Positions 9,972 to 20,848 of a stretch of DNA of 64,000 nt are shown here, in pieces. The stretch comes from an uncultured Candidatus Rokubacteria bacterium (GTDB lineage: Bacteria > Methylomirabilota > Methylomirabilia > Rokubacteriales > CSP1-6): NCBI GenBank assembly GCA_963771355.1, contig CAVYTA010000007.1, positions 672,001 through 736,000 of the forward strand, read 5' to 3'. The notes beneath the pieces were generated by a model, which made no database searches, had not been told where the DNA came from, and worked only from the letters and a program-made list of their open reading frames with translations. Made by a program: the position numbers and the translations under genes. The number at the start of each line of letters is the position of its first letter. The stretch's first letter is position 1.

Positions 9972-11061
9972 AGCCGCCGGAGGCCGAGAACAGCGCGCCG
10001 ATCGCGGGCGCGCCGAGGATCACCACCAGCGACCCCACCGTGCTGACCACGCCCAGCACCGCGCCGGTGGCGTCGGGCCGGACGCGGCTGGCCAGCACGA
10101 GCATGCCGGGGTAGGACAGCGACGCGGTGATCCCCACGAGGACGACGGCGCCCAGCGCCGCGCCCAGCGGCCGCCCGGGCCAGGCCAGGAGCAGGAGCGC
10201 CAGCGCGCTGCCGGCGAGCATCCAGCGAATGAGGGCGCGGGCGCCCACGACCCCGCGCGCGACCAGGAGGCCGCCCATGGGGCGGCCCACCATGCCCAGC
10301 AGCGCGGTCTGGGCGCCGAACATGCCGGCCAGGGTCAGCGCCAGGCCGAACTCCTCGACGAAATACACCGCGACCCAGGTCCCGAGCACCACGGTGAGCC
10401 CGAAGGTGGCGCCGTTCACGAGGCCGAGGCGCCACGCCGCCGGGTCGGCGAAGACCGACCGCATCGCGACCGTTCCCCGCCGCGGCGACGTCGCGCGCGC
10501 CCAGCGCAGCCAGAGGCCCAGGGCCACGACGAGGGGCGCCGCGCAGAGGGCGAGCGCCCCGCGCCAGCCCAGGCGGGTGGCGAGGAACGGCAGGACGAAG
10601 ATCGCGATGCCGATGCCGAGCTGCATGGAGCCGCCCAGCAGCCCCTGGGCGAGCGCGCTCCGGGGTCCGCGCCAGTGCGCGTTGGCGTAGTGACCGGCGG
10701 CGATGAAGGAGGCGCAGACGCCCACGCCGGACAGAAGCCGGAGGGCGAGGAGGCTGCCATAGCCCGGCGCGGCCGCCATGCCCAGCGTCGAGAGCAGCAG
10801 GATGGCGAGCGAGCCCGCCATCATCCACTTGGCGCCCAGCCAGTCGGTGAGCTGGCCGACCGGGATGGCGAGGAGCCCGCCGCCGAGGAAGGTCACCGTG
10901 GACAGCAGTCCCGCCTGCGCCGGCGTGATGCCGAGCTCGGGCATGATGAGGGGCAGGAGCGGCGCGTGGTTGATGAGGATGAGGGTCTGCGCGCTGGTGA
11001 CCACGCACGGCAGGAGCAGCGAGGGCTCGTCCCGGCGCTCGGATCCCCTCGGCCCGCTCAC
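9889..11061 (-). CDS. MFS transporter
   Basis: GQLTDWLGAK motif A-like loop; about 12 TM segments. Confidence 0.8.
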   Translation of the reverse strand: MSGPRGSERRDEPSLLLPCVVTSAQTLILINHAPLLPLIMPELGITPAQAGLLSTVTFLGGGLLAIPVGQLTDWLGAKWMMAGSLAILLLSTLGMAAAPGYGSLLALRLLSGVGVCASFIAAGHYANAHWRGPRSALAQGLLGGSMQLGIGIAIFVLPFLATRLGWRGALALCAAPLVVALGLWLRWARATSPRRGTVAMRSVFADPAAWRLGLVNGATFGLTVVLGTWVAVYFVEEFGLALTLAGMFGAQTALLGMVGRPMGGLLVARGVVGARALIRWMLAGSALALLLLAWPGRPLGAALGAVVLVGITASLSYPGMLVLASRVRPDATGAVLGVVSTVGSLVVILGAPAIGALFSASGGFSLPFALLALLPAAAVWATAGLPRDRG

Positions 11062-11143
11062 GTCCGGCGACTATAGCGCAGATTCGCTGTCTTGACGCAC
11101 TGCCGCATGGCGGCTACTCTTGGGCGCACTGGAGGGGGCCCCC

Positions 11144-14100
11144 GTGAAGTGTCCGCGCTGCCAGATGGACAACCGGGCGGACGCGCGCTTCTGCGAGGAG
11201 TGCGGCGCCCGGATGGAGCAGTCGTGTCCCGCCTGCGGCAACCCGGTCGGCGCGGGCAAGAAATTCTGCGGACACTGCGGTGTCGCCCTCACCCAGAAGA
11301 GCGCCGACCGCGCCGCCGCGCCCGAGAGCTACACGCCGAAGCACCTCGCCGAGAAGATCCTCACCTCGCGGGCCGACCTCGCCGGTGAGCGCAAGCAGGT
11401 CACGGTGCTCTTCGCCGATCTCAAGGGGTCGATGGAGCTCCTCGCCGACCGCGACCCCGAGGAGGCGCGCCGGCTCCTCGATCCCGTGCTCGAGCGGATG
11501 ATGGAGGCGGTGCACCGCTACGAGGGCACCGTGAACCAGGTGATGGGCGACGGGATCATGGCGCTGTTCGGCGCGCCGCTCGCCCACGAGGACCATGCGG
11601 TGCGCGCCTGCTACAGCGCCATCCGCATGCAGGAGACGGTGGGCGCCTACGCGGCCGAGCTCCTTCACAACCAGGGCATCGACGTGCAGATCCGCGTGGG
11701 GCTCAACTCGGGCGAGGTGGTGGTGCGCTCGATCGGCAGCGATCTCCACATGGACTACACCGCGGTCGGCCAGACCACTCACCTGGCCGCCCGCATGGAG
11801 CAGCTCGCGCGCCCGGGCACGAGCCTCATCACCGCGCATACCCTGCGGCTGGCCGAAGGCTTCATCGAGGTGAAGCCGCACGGCCCCGTGCCGGTGAAGG
11901 GGCTGGCCGAGCCGGTGGAGATCTTCGAGGTGGTGGGGGCGGGGCAGGTGCGCTCGCGCATGCAGGCGTCGGCCGCGCGCGGGCTCTCGCCCTTCGTGGG
12001 CCGCGACGCCGAGATCGATCGCCTGCGCCACGCCCTGGAACGCGCACGCACCGGGCACGGGCAGGTGGTGGCGCTGGTGGGCGAGCCCGGGGTGGGGAAG
12101 TCGCGGCTCTTCTGGGAGTTCACGCACTCGCACCGGATCCAGGGCTGGCTCATGGGCGAGGCGGCGGCGCTGTCCTACGGCAAGCTCACGCCCTACCTGC
12201 CGGTGGTGGGCTTCCTCAAGTCGTATTTCCAGATCGACGACCGCGACGATGCCCGCCGCATCCGCGAGAAGGTGACGGGCAAGCTCCTCACCCTGGACGA
12301 GACGCTGCGGCCCGCGCTGCCCGCCTTCCTCACGCTGCTCGACGTGCCCGCCGACGATCCGGAGTGGCCGGGCCCGGACTCGCCGCAGCGGCGCCAGCGC
12401 ATCCTCGACGCGCTCAAGCGCCTGCTCCTGCGCGAGAGCCAGGTGCAGCCCCTGCTGCTCGTGTTCGAGGACCTCCACTGGATCGACTCCGAGACCCAGG
12501 CCTTCCTCGACAGCCTCGTGGAGAGCCTGCCCACCGCCCAGATCATGCTCCTGGTCGGCTACCGGCCCGAGTACCAGCACGGCTGGTCGAGCCGCAGTCA
12601 CTACACCCAGCTCCGCCTCGACCCCCTGCCGCCGGCGACGGCGGATGAGCTGCTGCGCGGTATCGTGGGCGAGCACGAGAGCCTGGGGCCGGTGAAGAGT
12701 CTCCTCGTCCAGCGCACCGAGGGCAATCCGTTCTTCCTCGAGGAGTGCGTGCGGACGCTCGTCGAGACCCAGGTGCTGGTGGGCGAGCGCGGCGTGTTCC
12801 GGCTCGTCAAGCCGCTCACCACCATCCAGGTTCCCGCCACCGTGCAGGCGGTCATCGCCTCCCGCATCGATCGCCTCGGGCCGGAGGAGAAGCGGCTCTT
12901 GCAGGCCGCCGCCGTCATCGGCAAGGACGTGCCCTTCACCCTGCTGGCCGTCACCATGGAGATGCCGGAGGAGACGCTACGCGCGCGGCTCACGCGGCTG
13001 CAGCAGGCGGAGTTCCTGTTCGAGACGGGCCTCTTTCCCGACCTCGAGTTCAGCTTCACGCACGCCCTCACCCACGGGGTGGCCTACGGGAGCCTGCTGC
13101 AGGAGCGGCGGCGCACGCTGCACGCGCGCATCCTGAGCACCGTCGAGGCGCTCTACCCGGAGCGGCGCACCGAGCAGCCCGAGGTGCTGGCCGATCACGC
13201 CTTCCGCGGCGAGGTGTGGGGGAAGGCGGTGACCTATCTCCGCCAGGCCGGCGCCAAGGCCGCCGCGCGCTCCGCCAACCGCGAGGCGGTGGCGCTGCTC
13301 GAGCAGGCGATGACGGCGCTGCAGAATCTGCCCGAGGGGCGCGAGACCTCCGAGCTGGCCATCGACGTGCGGCTCGAGCTGCGCCCGCCGCTCTTGCAGC
13401 TGGGCGAGCTGCAGAAGGCGCTCGCGCTCTCGCAGCAGGCCGAGAACATGGCCACCCTGATCGGCGACGAGGGGCGGCTGGCGCGCGTGTACACCTATCT
13501 CATCAACTACCACTATCTCAAGGGCGAGCCGGACGCCGCCATCGACTACGGCGAGCGGTGCCTGGCCATCGGCGAGGCAGGGCAGGACGTGGCGCTGCAG
13601 TCCCTCGCGCGCGGCTACATGGGCTACTCCTACCACGCGCAGGGCCGCTATCGGGAGGCGGAGGCGGTGCTGCTGCAGAACGTGGAGCGGCTCGAGGAGG
13701 TGCGCGCCACGGACGGCGGCGCGGCCACCACGGTGTCCTATGCGTCCTCCACCGGCTGGCTCGCCTTCTCCCTCGCGGAGCTGGGCGAGTTCGATCTCGC
13801 CGCCTCCTACGCGGCCATGGGCCAGCGCGCCGCCGAGACCGAGCGCCATGCCTACGCGCAGGCGATCGCCTGGACGCTGGCCGGGCTGGTGGCGCTGCGC
13901 CGCGGCCACATGGAGAAGGCGCTCTATCTGCTCGAGCGAAGCCTGGAGGCCTGCCGGGACAAGCAGCTCACGGTGTGGCGGCCCATTCCATCCTCGCTCC
14001 TCGGCCTCACCCGCGCGCGCCTGGGCCGACCCGAGGACGCACTGCCCTTGCTGGAAGACGGCGTGCGGCTCAGCGAGGAGCTGGGCGTGAAGGCTTATCT

Positions 14101-14734
14101 GGCCTCCTGGACCGTGAACCTGGCCGGCGGACTCCTCGCCGCGGGGAACATCACGCGGGCGCGCGAGACCGCGCAGCGGGCGCTGGACCTGGCCCTGGCC
14201 CACAAGGAGCGGGGGCACCAGGCCTATGCGCTGCGCCTCCTCGGCGAGATCGCCGCCCGGTCGGAGCCCGCCGACCTGGCGCTCGCCGAGAAGGACCTCA
14301 CCCAGGCGCTGGCCATCGCCGAGGAGCTCGGCATGCGCCCGCTCCTGGGCCGCATCCATCTCTCGCTGGGCGAGATGTCCCGCCTGGGCGGCGACCACGG
14401 CAAGGCCGAGGGACACATCTTCCACGCCATCAGCCTCTTCCGCGCGATGGACATGCGCCACTGGCTGGAAGAAGCGGCCGGCCAGCTCAAGGCGCTCGGC
14501 CACCTTCTGGTGGTCGCCCACTACAACCTCGGCCTCTACGATTTCCTCAAGGAGCGCTTCGCCGAGGACGCGGACGTGACCGTGGTCCTCGACCGCCGCA
14601 AGGGCGAGCGCCGGCGGCCCGGCCCGGCCTCCGGCTCCCAGCGCCGCGGCCCCGACCGTCGCACGCCCGAATTGACCGATGGCGCGCTCCGGCTGCACGG
14701 TTTCGTGGCGATTCCGACCGAGCCGCCCCGCTGA
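11144..14734 (+). CDS. Double zinc ribbon - class III adenylate/guanylate cyclase - AAA/STAND ATPase - TPR protein with extra C-terminal domain
   Basis: Four CxxC pairs; VTVLFADLKGS, GDG, LAARME, Walker A GEPGVGKS, FEDLHW and GNPFF motifs. Confidence 0.92.
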   Translation: MKCPRCQMDNRADARFCEECGARMEQSCPACGNPVGAGKKFCGHCGVALTQKSADRAAAPESYTPKHLAEKILTSRADLAGERKQVTVLFADLKGSMELLADRDPEEARRLLDPVLERMMEAVHRYEGTVNQVMGDGIMALFGAPLAHEDHAVRACYSAIRMQETVGAYAAELLHNQGIDVQIRVGLNSGEVVVRSIGSDLHMDYTAVGQTTHLAARMEQLARPGTSLITAHTLRLAEGFIEVKPHGPVPVKGLAEPVEIFEVVGAGQVRSRMQASAARGLSPFVGRDAEIDRLRHALERARTGHGQVVALVGEPGVGKSRLFWEFTHSHRIQGWLMGEAAALSYGKLTPYLPVVGFLKSYFQIDDRDDARRIREKVTGKLLTLDETLRPALPAFLTLLDVPADDPEWPGPDSPQRRQRILDALKRLLLRESQVQPLLLVFEDLHWIDSETQAFLDSLVESLPTAQIMLLVGYRPEYQHGWSSRSHYTQLRLDPLPPATADELLRGIVGEHESLGPVKSLLVQRTEGNPFFLEECVRTLVETQVLVGERGVFRLVKPLTTIQVPATVQAVIASRIDRLGPEEKRLLQAAAVIGKDVPFTLLAVTMEMPEETLRARLTRLQQAEFLFETGLFPDLEFSFTHALTHGVAYGSLLQERRRTLHARILSTVEALYPERRTEQPEVLADHAFRGEVWGKAVTYLRQAGAKAAARSANREAVALLEQAMTALQNLPEGRETSELAIDVRLELRPPLLQLGELQKALALSQQAENMATLIGDEGRLARVYTYLINYHYLKGEPDAAIDYGERCLAIGEAGQDVALQSLARGYMGYSYHAQGRYREAEAVLLQNVERLEEVRATDGGAATTVSYASSTGWLAFSLAELGEFDLAASYAAMGQRAAETERHAYAQAIAWTLAGLVALRRGHMEKALYLLERSLEACRDKQLTVWRPIPSSLLGLTRARLGRPEDALPLLEDGVRLSEELGVKAYLASWTVNLAGGLLAAGNITRARETAQRALDLALAHKERGHQAYALRLLGEIAARSEPADLALAEKDLTQALAIAEELGMRPLLGRIHLSLGEMSRLGGDHGKAEGHIFHAISLFRAMDMRHWLEEAAGQLKALGHLLVVAHYNLGLYDFLKERFAEDADVTVVLDRRKGERRRPGPASGSQRRGPDRRTPELTDGALRLHGFVAIPTEPPR

Positions 14735-14747
14735 GGGCTCCGCGCGC

Positions 14748-15020
14748 ATGCAATCCCTCCATTACGTGTGCGCGATGCTGTTCGGCGCCTGGCTCGGCGC
14801 GGGGCGGCCCGACTACGCGCGCGGCGCCATCTGGACCTTCGGGGTGGCGCTCGTGCTCACGCTCCTCACCATGGTGATCGAAGGGATGCGCTCGCCCCCC
14901 GAGGTTCGCAACGCCCTCGGGCTGCCGAACGGACTCTTCACCTCCCTCTACCTCGGCACCGTCTTCGCGATCTCGGTGGCGGCCATTCTCTCCGCCGCCT
15001 TCTTTACCTGGCGGGCATGA
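14748..15020 (+). CDS. Small hypothetical membrane protein (90 aa)
   Basis: ATG 14 nt after the cyclase stop; 2-3 hydrophobic segments. Confidence 0.55.
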   Translation: MQSLHYVCAMLFGAWLGAGRPDYARGAIWTFGVALVLTLLTMVIEGMRSPPEVRNALGLPNGLFTSLYLGTVFAISVAAILSAAFFTWRA

Positions 15021-15461
15021 GGTGCTGAAGCCGCTCGACACAGTCAGGCTGTTGACTTCCGCTTGCTCGCGGGCCGCCCGGCGCCCAAGGGCCGGCGCTA
15101 TCGCGTCTGGCTAAGGCGGGTTGAGCGGATTGACCGCCAAGCTAGAGCATGGATGGTCCGCTGGGACCAGCGATGGGGCCCGAGCCTGCGCGGGGAGCGC
15201 GACACGTTCAGACGACTTCAAAGACTGACCCGACACACGGCAGGGCGGTTCTAGTGTTGACGTTCTCACTCCCGTGGGAGTTAGACAGCCGCGTGCCACT
15301 TCCCGAGGTGCGGGCACTCTGACCTCGCCCCGCTTGGCTACCAGGACAGTTCTCGGGCGCTCCCAGCCCTCCGAACCCCACTAGGCGGGTCTGACCATGA
15401 CTTTCGAAGAATCTCCGCCTATAGCAAGCCCGGACGGCGTACGTGCGCCCGCTGGGACCCC

Positions 15462-15651
15462 GTGCTAGCCTCCCGGACGTGCCCGGTGTGCCTCAAGGCC
15501 CCGCTGACCAACCGTCAGGAGGTCTGCTCCGGCGGGTGCCGGGCGGCCCGGAGCCGGCAGCGGAAAGCCGAAACCCGGCGGGAACGCGACGCGGAGATCC
15601 GGGCGGCTGCTCGCAGCGGCGCTGAAGAAGCTGCAGGAGGGCGTGCCATGA
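15462..15651 (+). repeat. Copy A of repeated C4 zinc-finger/coiled-coil micro-ORF (one-base frameshift near 15605)
   Basis: MLASRTCPVCLKAPLTNRQEVCSGGCRAARSRQRKAETRRERDAEIRA/LLAAALKKLQEGVP; stop overlaps next ATG (ATGA at 15648-15651). Confidence 0.8.
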
Positions 15652-18600
15652 ATCGGCGAGTGACTCCTGTGAAAGGCAAGCAGAGCCCGAAGCGTCGGGG
15701 TGCAAAGCCTGCGAAAGCGAAGGTCGAAGCCAAGCGTCCGGTCGCCGCACAAGTCGCGGAAACACGAAGGCGCGAGGGTGGGCGACCTGGAGAGGCGCCT
15801 GGCGGAGGCGTTGAAGCGCGAGGATGCGGCGCTGGAGAATCAGACCGCCACCAGCGAGATCCTGCGGACCATCGCGCACGCGCAGAGCGACGTGCAACCG
15901 GTGTTCGACACCATCGTCCGCAGCGCTGCTCGGCTTTGCCACGCCGTCAATGCGGCGGTCTTCCTGACCGACGGCACGATGCTCTACCACCCGGCAAACT
16001 ACGGCCGCTCGCCCGAGGCGCTCGCTGCTGTCCGCGCTCAGTATCCAAAACCCTTGGATGCGGACACGACGCCCGGCAGGGCGATCCTCACGCGGTCGGT
16101 CGTCCAGGTGCCAGACATCGAAGCGCCCTCGGCACACGAGCACGTGCGGCAAGTCGGGCGCCTGCTCGGGTTCCGGAGCGTCGTCGCGGTGCCGATGCTG
16201 CGCGCCGGCGAGGCCGTCGGCGCTATCAACGTGTCCCGCCGGGAGCCCGGAGGTTTGTCGGGCGCTGAAGTGGAGCTCCTGAAGACCTTCGCCGACCAGG
16301 CGGTTATTGCCATCGAGAACGTGCGGCTGTTCAAGGAGCTTCAGGACAAGAACCAGGCCTAAGCAGCGCACGCGAAGTTACGAGGCGCTGCAGCAGCAGA
16401 CGGCGACGAGCGAGATCCTTCGTGTTATCTCGAGCTCGCCGACCGACGTCCAGCCGGTGTTCGACACGATCGTTCGAAGCGCGAGCCGGTTGTGCGGCGG
16501 CGAGTACGCCATCGTCACGCGCTTCGACGGCGAGCTCCTTCATCTCGCCGCTCAGCACAATCCCCGGCCTGGCACCGCTAACGAAACGGCAGGATTCTTC
16601 CCACAGGTCCCGCGCCGTGAGGCATCGATCGCGGCACGCGCACTCATCGATGCTGTAGTCGTCCACGTAGCGGACGTCGAGACCGAGGAACTGGACTCGT
16701 CGGCGCGTGAGACATATCGGCGGGTTATGTTGCGAGCAGCGGTCGCTGTGCCGATGATCCACGAGGGTCGCCCCATTGGCGTCATCGGCGTCTCCCGCGG
16801 GACACCCGGTCCTTTCTCGCGCCACCAGATCGAGTTTCTCCAGACCTTCGCCGACCAGGCCGTCATCGCCATCGAGAACGTCCGGCTGTTCAAGGAGCTG
16901 GAGGCGCGCAACCGCGATCTCACCGAGGCGCTCGACCAGCAGACGGCAACGAGCGAAATCCTGCGCGTCATCAGCAGCTCGCACACCGATCTCCAGCCGG
17001 TGTTCGACGCCATCCTGCACAGCGCCGGTCGGCTATGTGACGCCACGTTCGGCGCCCTTCAGCTCTTCGACGGCGAAGAGCTCACGCTCGATGGACACTA
17101 CGGTATATCGCCCGAAGACGTTGCGATGTTGCAGGCGGAGGTCTTTCCGATGCGCCCGGACGTGGGGAGCAGCATTGGTCGTGCGATCATCCGCCGCGCC
17201 ACCGTGCACATCGAAGATATCCGGAGCGATCCGCAGTTCAAGGTGTCTGCGCTGCAGACCCGCGAGGAGTATCGAACGGCGCTTTCCGTTCCCATGCTAC
17301 GTGGAGGCGGGGCGGTCGGTGTGATCAACCTGTGGCGGCGCGAGGTGCGCCCTTTCTCGCAGACGCACATCGACATGGTGCAGACCTTCGCCGACCAGGC
17401 CGTCATCGCGATCGAGAACGTACGGCTGTTCAAGGAGCTCAAGGCGCGGACGGGGGAACTCACGCGTTCGGTCAACGAACTCACGGCACTGGGCGAGGTG
17501 AGTCGGACGCTCAGCTCATCGCTCGACCTCGAGACCGTGTTGCGGACGATCGTCATCCGGGCGAACCAGCTCGGCGGCACGGCGGGCTGCGTGATCTGGG
17601 AGTACGACGAATCTGGGGAGGCGTTCCGCCTTCGCGCGAGCCACTACGCCGACGAGCGCGACGCCGCGATCCTTTCTGGATCCGGGGGCGTGACTACGAT
17701 TCCGAGGGGACAGGGTCTCACGACCCAGGTGGTTGCTCTGCGACAGCCGGTCCAGATCTCTGATATCGCGGCCGAGGGCGCCTATGACAGTCCCGTCCGG
17801 CAGCCGCTGATCGACGCGGGTCATCGTGCGCTGCTCGGGGTGCCCCTGCTCAGCGAGGACGAAGTCATTGGGGTCCTGGCCGTCACTCGCAAGACGCCGG
17901 GCGAGTTCGAGCCGGATGTCGTCCGGCTGCTCAGCACCTTCGCCACCCAATCCGCCCTCGCCATCCAGAACGCGCGGCTATTTAGGGAGATCGAGGTGAA
18001 GGGCCGGGAGCTGGAGGCCGCCAGCCGCCACAAGAGCGAGTTCCTCGCCAACATGTCACACGAGTTGCGGACGCCGCTGAACGCCATCATCGGATTCTCG
18101 GAGGTACTGAGCGAACGGATGTTCGGGGAGCTGAACGAGAAGCAGGAGGAGTACCTGAAGGACATTTACGCGTCTGGCCAGCACCTGCTATCCCTCATCA
18201 ATGACATTCTCGATCTCTCGAAGATCGAGGCCGGCCGCATGGAGCTGGAGCTGGCCGACTTCCACCTGCCCCAAGCCATCGAGAATGCCCTGGTCCTCGT
18301 GCGGGAACGGGCGCTGCGCCGGCGGATCACGCTGGAGCAGTCGATCGATCCGCGCCTCGGCGAGATGAGGGGCGACGAGCGAAAGATCAAGCAGGTACTC
18401 CTGAACCTGCTCTCGAATGCGATCAAGTTTACGCCCGAGGGCGGCAGGATCGAGGTACGCGCGAAACCCGTGAACGGAGCCGTCGAGGTTTCCGTGAGCG
18501 ATACCGGGGTCGGCATAGCGCCCGAAGATCAGCAGGCGATATTCGAGGAGTTTCGGCAGGTGGGGACGGCAGCGAAGAAGGTGGAAGGCACCGGGCTCGG

Positions 18601-18715
18601 CCTGGCCCTGTCGCGGAAGTTCATCGAGTTGCATGGCGGGAGGATCTGGGTCCAGAGCCAGGTGGACATCGGCTCGACGTTCACGTTCACGATCCCGGTG
18701 CGCCGTCGCGAATGA
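15648..18715 (+). pseudogene. Four-GAF sensor histidine kinase, frame-broken near 15745 and 16360
   Basis: Repeated QTATSEILR..TFADQAVIAIENVRLF GAF units; H-box MSHELRTPL, NLLSNAIKF, DTGVGI and GTGLGL; pieces lie in three ORFs. Confidence 0.8.
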
Positions 18716-18721
18716 GGACGT

Positions 18722-18795
18722 CAAGGCCGCCAAGGCTCTCGGCCTCGCGATCCCGCCGTCTCTCCTGGCAGCGGGCGGATCAGGTGATCGAGTGA
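18722..18795 (+). pseudogene. 3' stump of an ABC substrate-binding protein gene
   Basis: Encodes KAAKALGLAIPPSLL and, after a frameshift, RADQVIE*; matches the C-termini of the five full paralogs. Confidence 0.75.
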
Positions 18796-19781
18796 TGGAG
18801 CGGCGGTCATTCCTTGCTGGTGCTGCCGCGCTCCTCGCCGCGCCGCGCGCCGCCGAGGCGCAGCCGGCGGGGAAGGTGTGGCGGATCGGCTTCCTGGGCT
18901 CAGGAACTCCCACAGGCTGGGGAGGACCCGGCATCGAGGCCATCCGGCTCGGGCTTCGAGATCACGGCTACGTAGAAGGTCGGAACATCAGGATCGAGTA
19001 TCGCTGGGCGGAGGACCGATACGACCGCATACCAGAGCTTGCGGCGGAGCTTGTCCGCCTCAACCCCGACGTCATCATCACCTACGGCACACCGAGCACC
19101 CTTGCCCTCAAGCGCGCGACCTCGGCGATCCCCATCGTCATGGCCATCATCGGCAATCCGGTCGAGAACGGGGCTGTCGCCTCCCTCGCGCGCCCGGGTG
19201 GCAACATCACGGGCTCGTCGTTCTTCTCGGATGAAATCACCGCCAAGCGTTTGGATATCCTGAAGACCGCGCATCCGGCCCTGGTGCGCGCGGGCCTTCT
19301 GACAAGCTCCCGGAATATCGGGACGCCCGGTACCCAGCGAGCCGCGGGCTCCATGGCGCAATCGCTCAAGGTCGAGCTTCAGTTCCTTGACGTGCGCAGC
19401 TCCGACGAGCTGGACGTTTTTCTCACGGGTGTGGCCAAGGGGCAAAGTGATGGCGTGGTGATGAGTGATGAGCAGTTGTTTTCCACCGGTGATGCGCCGA
19501 GGCGAATTGCCGAGTTCACGCTCAAGAATCGGTTGCCGAGCATCGGTCCCGTGGACTACGCTCGCGCGGGCGGCCTGATCGGGTACGGGGTGGTCTGGCC
19601 CGACGTCATACGGGGGTCGATGGCCTTCGTGGACAAGATTCTCAAAGGCGCCAAACCGGCCGACCTGCCGATCCAGCAGGCCACCAAGTTTGAGTTGGTC
19701 CTCAACCTCAAGACCGCCAAGACGCTCGGCCTGACGATCCCGCCGTCGGTGCTGCTCCGGGCGGATCAGGTGATCGAGTGA
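18795..19781 (+). CDS. Orphan ABC substrate-binding protein (ABC_sub_bind/COG2984-like) with twin-Arg-like signal
   Basis: MERRSFL signal; SLARPGGNITG and ILKGAKPADLPIQQATKFELVLN..ADQVIE motifs. Confidence 0.9.
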   Translation: MERRSFLAGAAALLAAPRAAEAQPAGKVWRIGFLGSGTPTGWGGPGIEAIRLGLRDHGYVEGRNIRIEYRWAEDRYDRIPELAAELVRLNPDVIITYGTPSTLALKRATSAIPIVMAIIGNPVENGAVASLARPGGNITGSSFFSDEITAKRLDILKTAHPALVRAGLLTSSRNIGTPGTQRAAGSMAQSLKVELQFLDVRSSDELDVFLTGVAKGQSDGVVMSDEQLFSTGDAPRRIAEFTLKNRLPSIGPVDYARAGGLIGYGVVWPDVIRGSMAFVDKILKGAKPADLPIQQATKFELVLNLKTAKTLGLTIPPSVLLRADQVIE

Positions 19782-19970
19782 CTGGGCCAAATCTGAGAGC
19801 GTTCGAGCGGTTGCTCGAGGCCGAGCCCCTAGGTTCACGGGCTCAAATGATATCCAGTCCCTACGCTCACACACGCACGGGCCCTTCGGCGTCGGCTTCA
19901 TCACGACGCAGATTCCTCGGTTCGAGCCCAATTCATATACGAGGTACGTGCCGGTGACGGAGCTGGTGGG

Positions 19971-20417
19971 ATGACACCGCTGCGGACAATTGCGCTTGCC
20001 ACTGCCGTCGCGCTGCCGCTGGGTGTGCTGATCTCCCAGGTTGTCCCACGCTGGGGAGTCGGAACGGGCCCAGAGGTGGAGTGCAACTCATTCGTCGTGG
20101 ATGACCTCATGCGCACCAGCGACCTCCTGCGCCACAGTGGCGACCGGATTCCGCCAAATCAGCTCCACGAAGAGCTTGTCAAGCGCGGGGTCACGTTGCC
20201 GTCGCCTCCTAGCCTCACATTCGCGCCGCGATACTACGGCCGGGGGGCGGAGGCCCTGCTGCGTGAATACGAGTCGGCGAAGAAGGCATACGAGGCCAAG
20301 TGGGAGGACATCAAGGGCTCTCCAGAGTACCAACGAGCCCGGGAAGCGATACTCAGCAGGAAGCGGGACGAGACATTGAGAGCCTGCCTCCGCATTTTCG
20401 GGGGGAAGAGGGTATAG
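19971..20417 (+). CDS. Hypothetical exported protein
   Basis: 148-aa ORF with hydrophobic N-terminus; no recognised motif. Confidence 0.5.
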   Translation: MTPLRTIALATAVALPLGVLISQVVPRWGVGTGPEVECNSFVVDDLMRTSDLLRHSGDRIPPNQLHEELVKRGVTLPSPPSLTFAPRYYGRGAEALLREYESAKKAYEAKWEDIKGSPEYQRAREAILSRKRDETLRACLRIFGGKRV

Positions 20418-20489
20418 AAACGGCCGGGTTCAGCACAAAATCAGCACAAGATGCTAAAATCAGCGCGGAACGCCCCGTAAGTCCTTGAC

Positions 20490-20562
20490 GAGCCGTTAGC
20501 TCAGTTGGCAGAGCACCTGACTTTTAATCAGGGGGTCGGTGGTTCGATCCCACCACGGCTCA
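20490..20562 (+). tRNA. tRNA-Lys(UUU); CCA not encoded (followed by CCT)
   Basis: Acceptor GAGCCGT/ACGGCTC, anticodon arm CCTGA-CTTTTAA-TCAGG, T arm GGTGG-TTCGATC-CCACC. Confidence 0.95.
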
Positions 20563-20848
20563 CCTATCTTCTCGCCCAATTGCAACGCATACCTCGGCGT
20601 GGCGAGTGTTCATCACGGTGCTACTCCTGGCGGCGCGCGGGCTCCCGGCTCAGCCGGCGAGGAAGTAGGCGGCGACGGCCATGGTCGCGATCGCGATCGC
20701 GCGAATGATTGTCTGTGCGATGGGGATCATCAGTCGTCCTACTGATGACCATACTCACGCTTCGCGGAGAGCGCTAGAGTCATTCGAGAAAATCTCGCAG
20801 TGTCTCTGCAAAGACAGAATTGCTGAGTGGAAGGAGTCCGCGACGCCG

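Noticed and set aside
683..14877. Long alternative-frame and antisense ORFs (e.g. 683-2008, 4290-6977, 12745-14877)
   Set aside because: Shadow ORFs of high-GC coding DNA: Arg/Ala/Pro-rich, motif-free and overlapping well-supported genes.
15021..15426. Structured ncRNA or att site at the left island edge (short ACTCCC-GT-GGGAGT inverted repeat near 15278)
   Set aside because: The stem is too short, there is no recognisable RNA family, and no tRNA-Lys fragment was found.
20505..20708. ORF MAEHLTFNQGVGGSIP..
   Set aside because: It is a translation of the tRNA-Lys gene.
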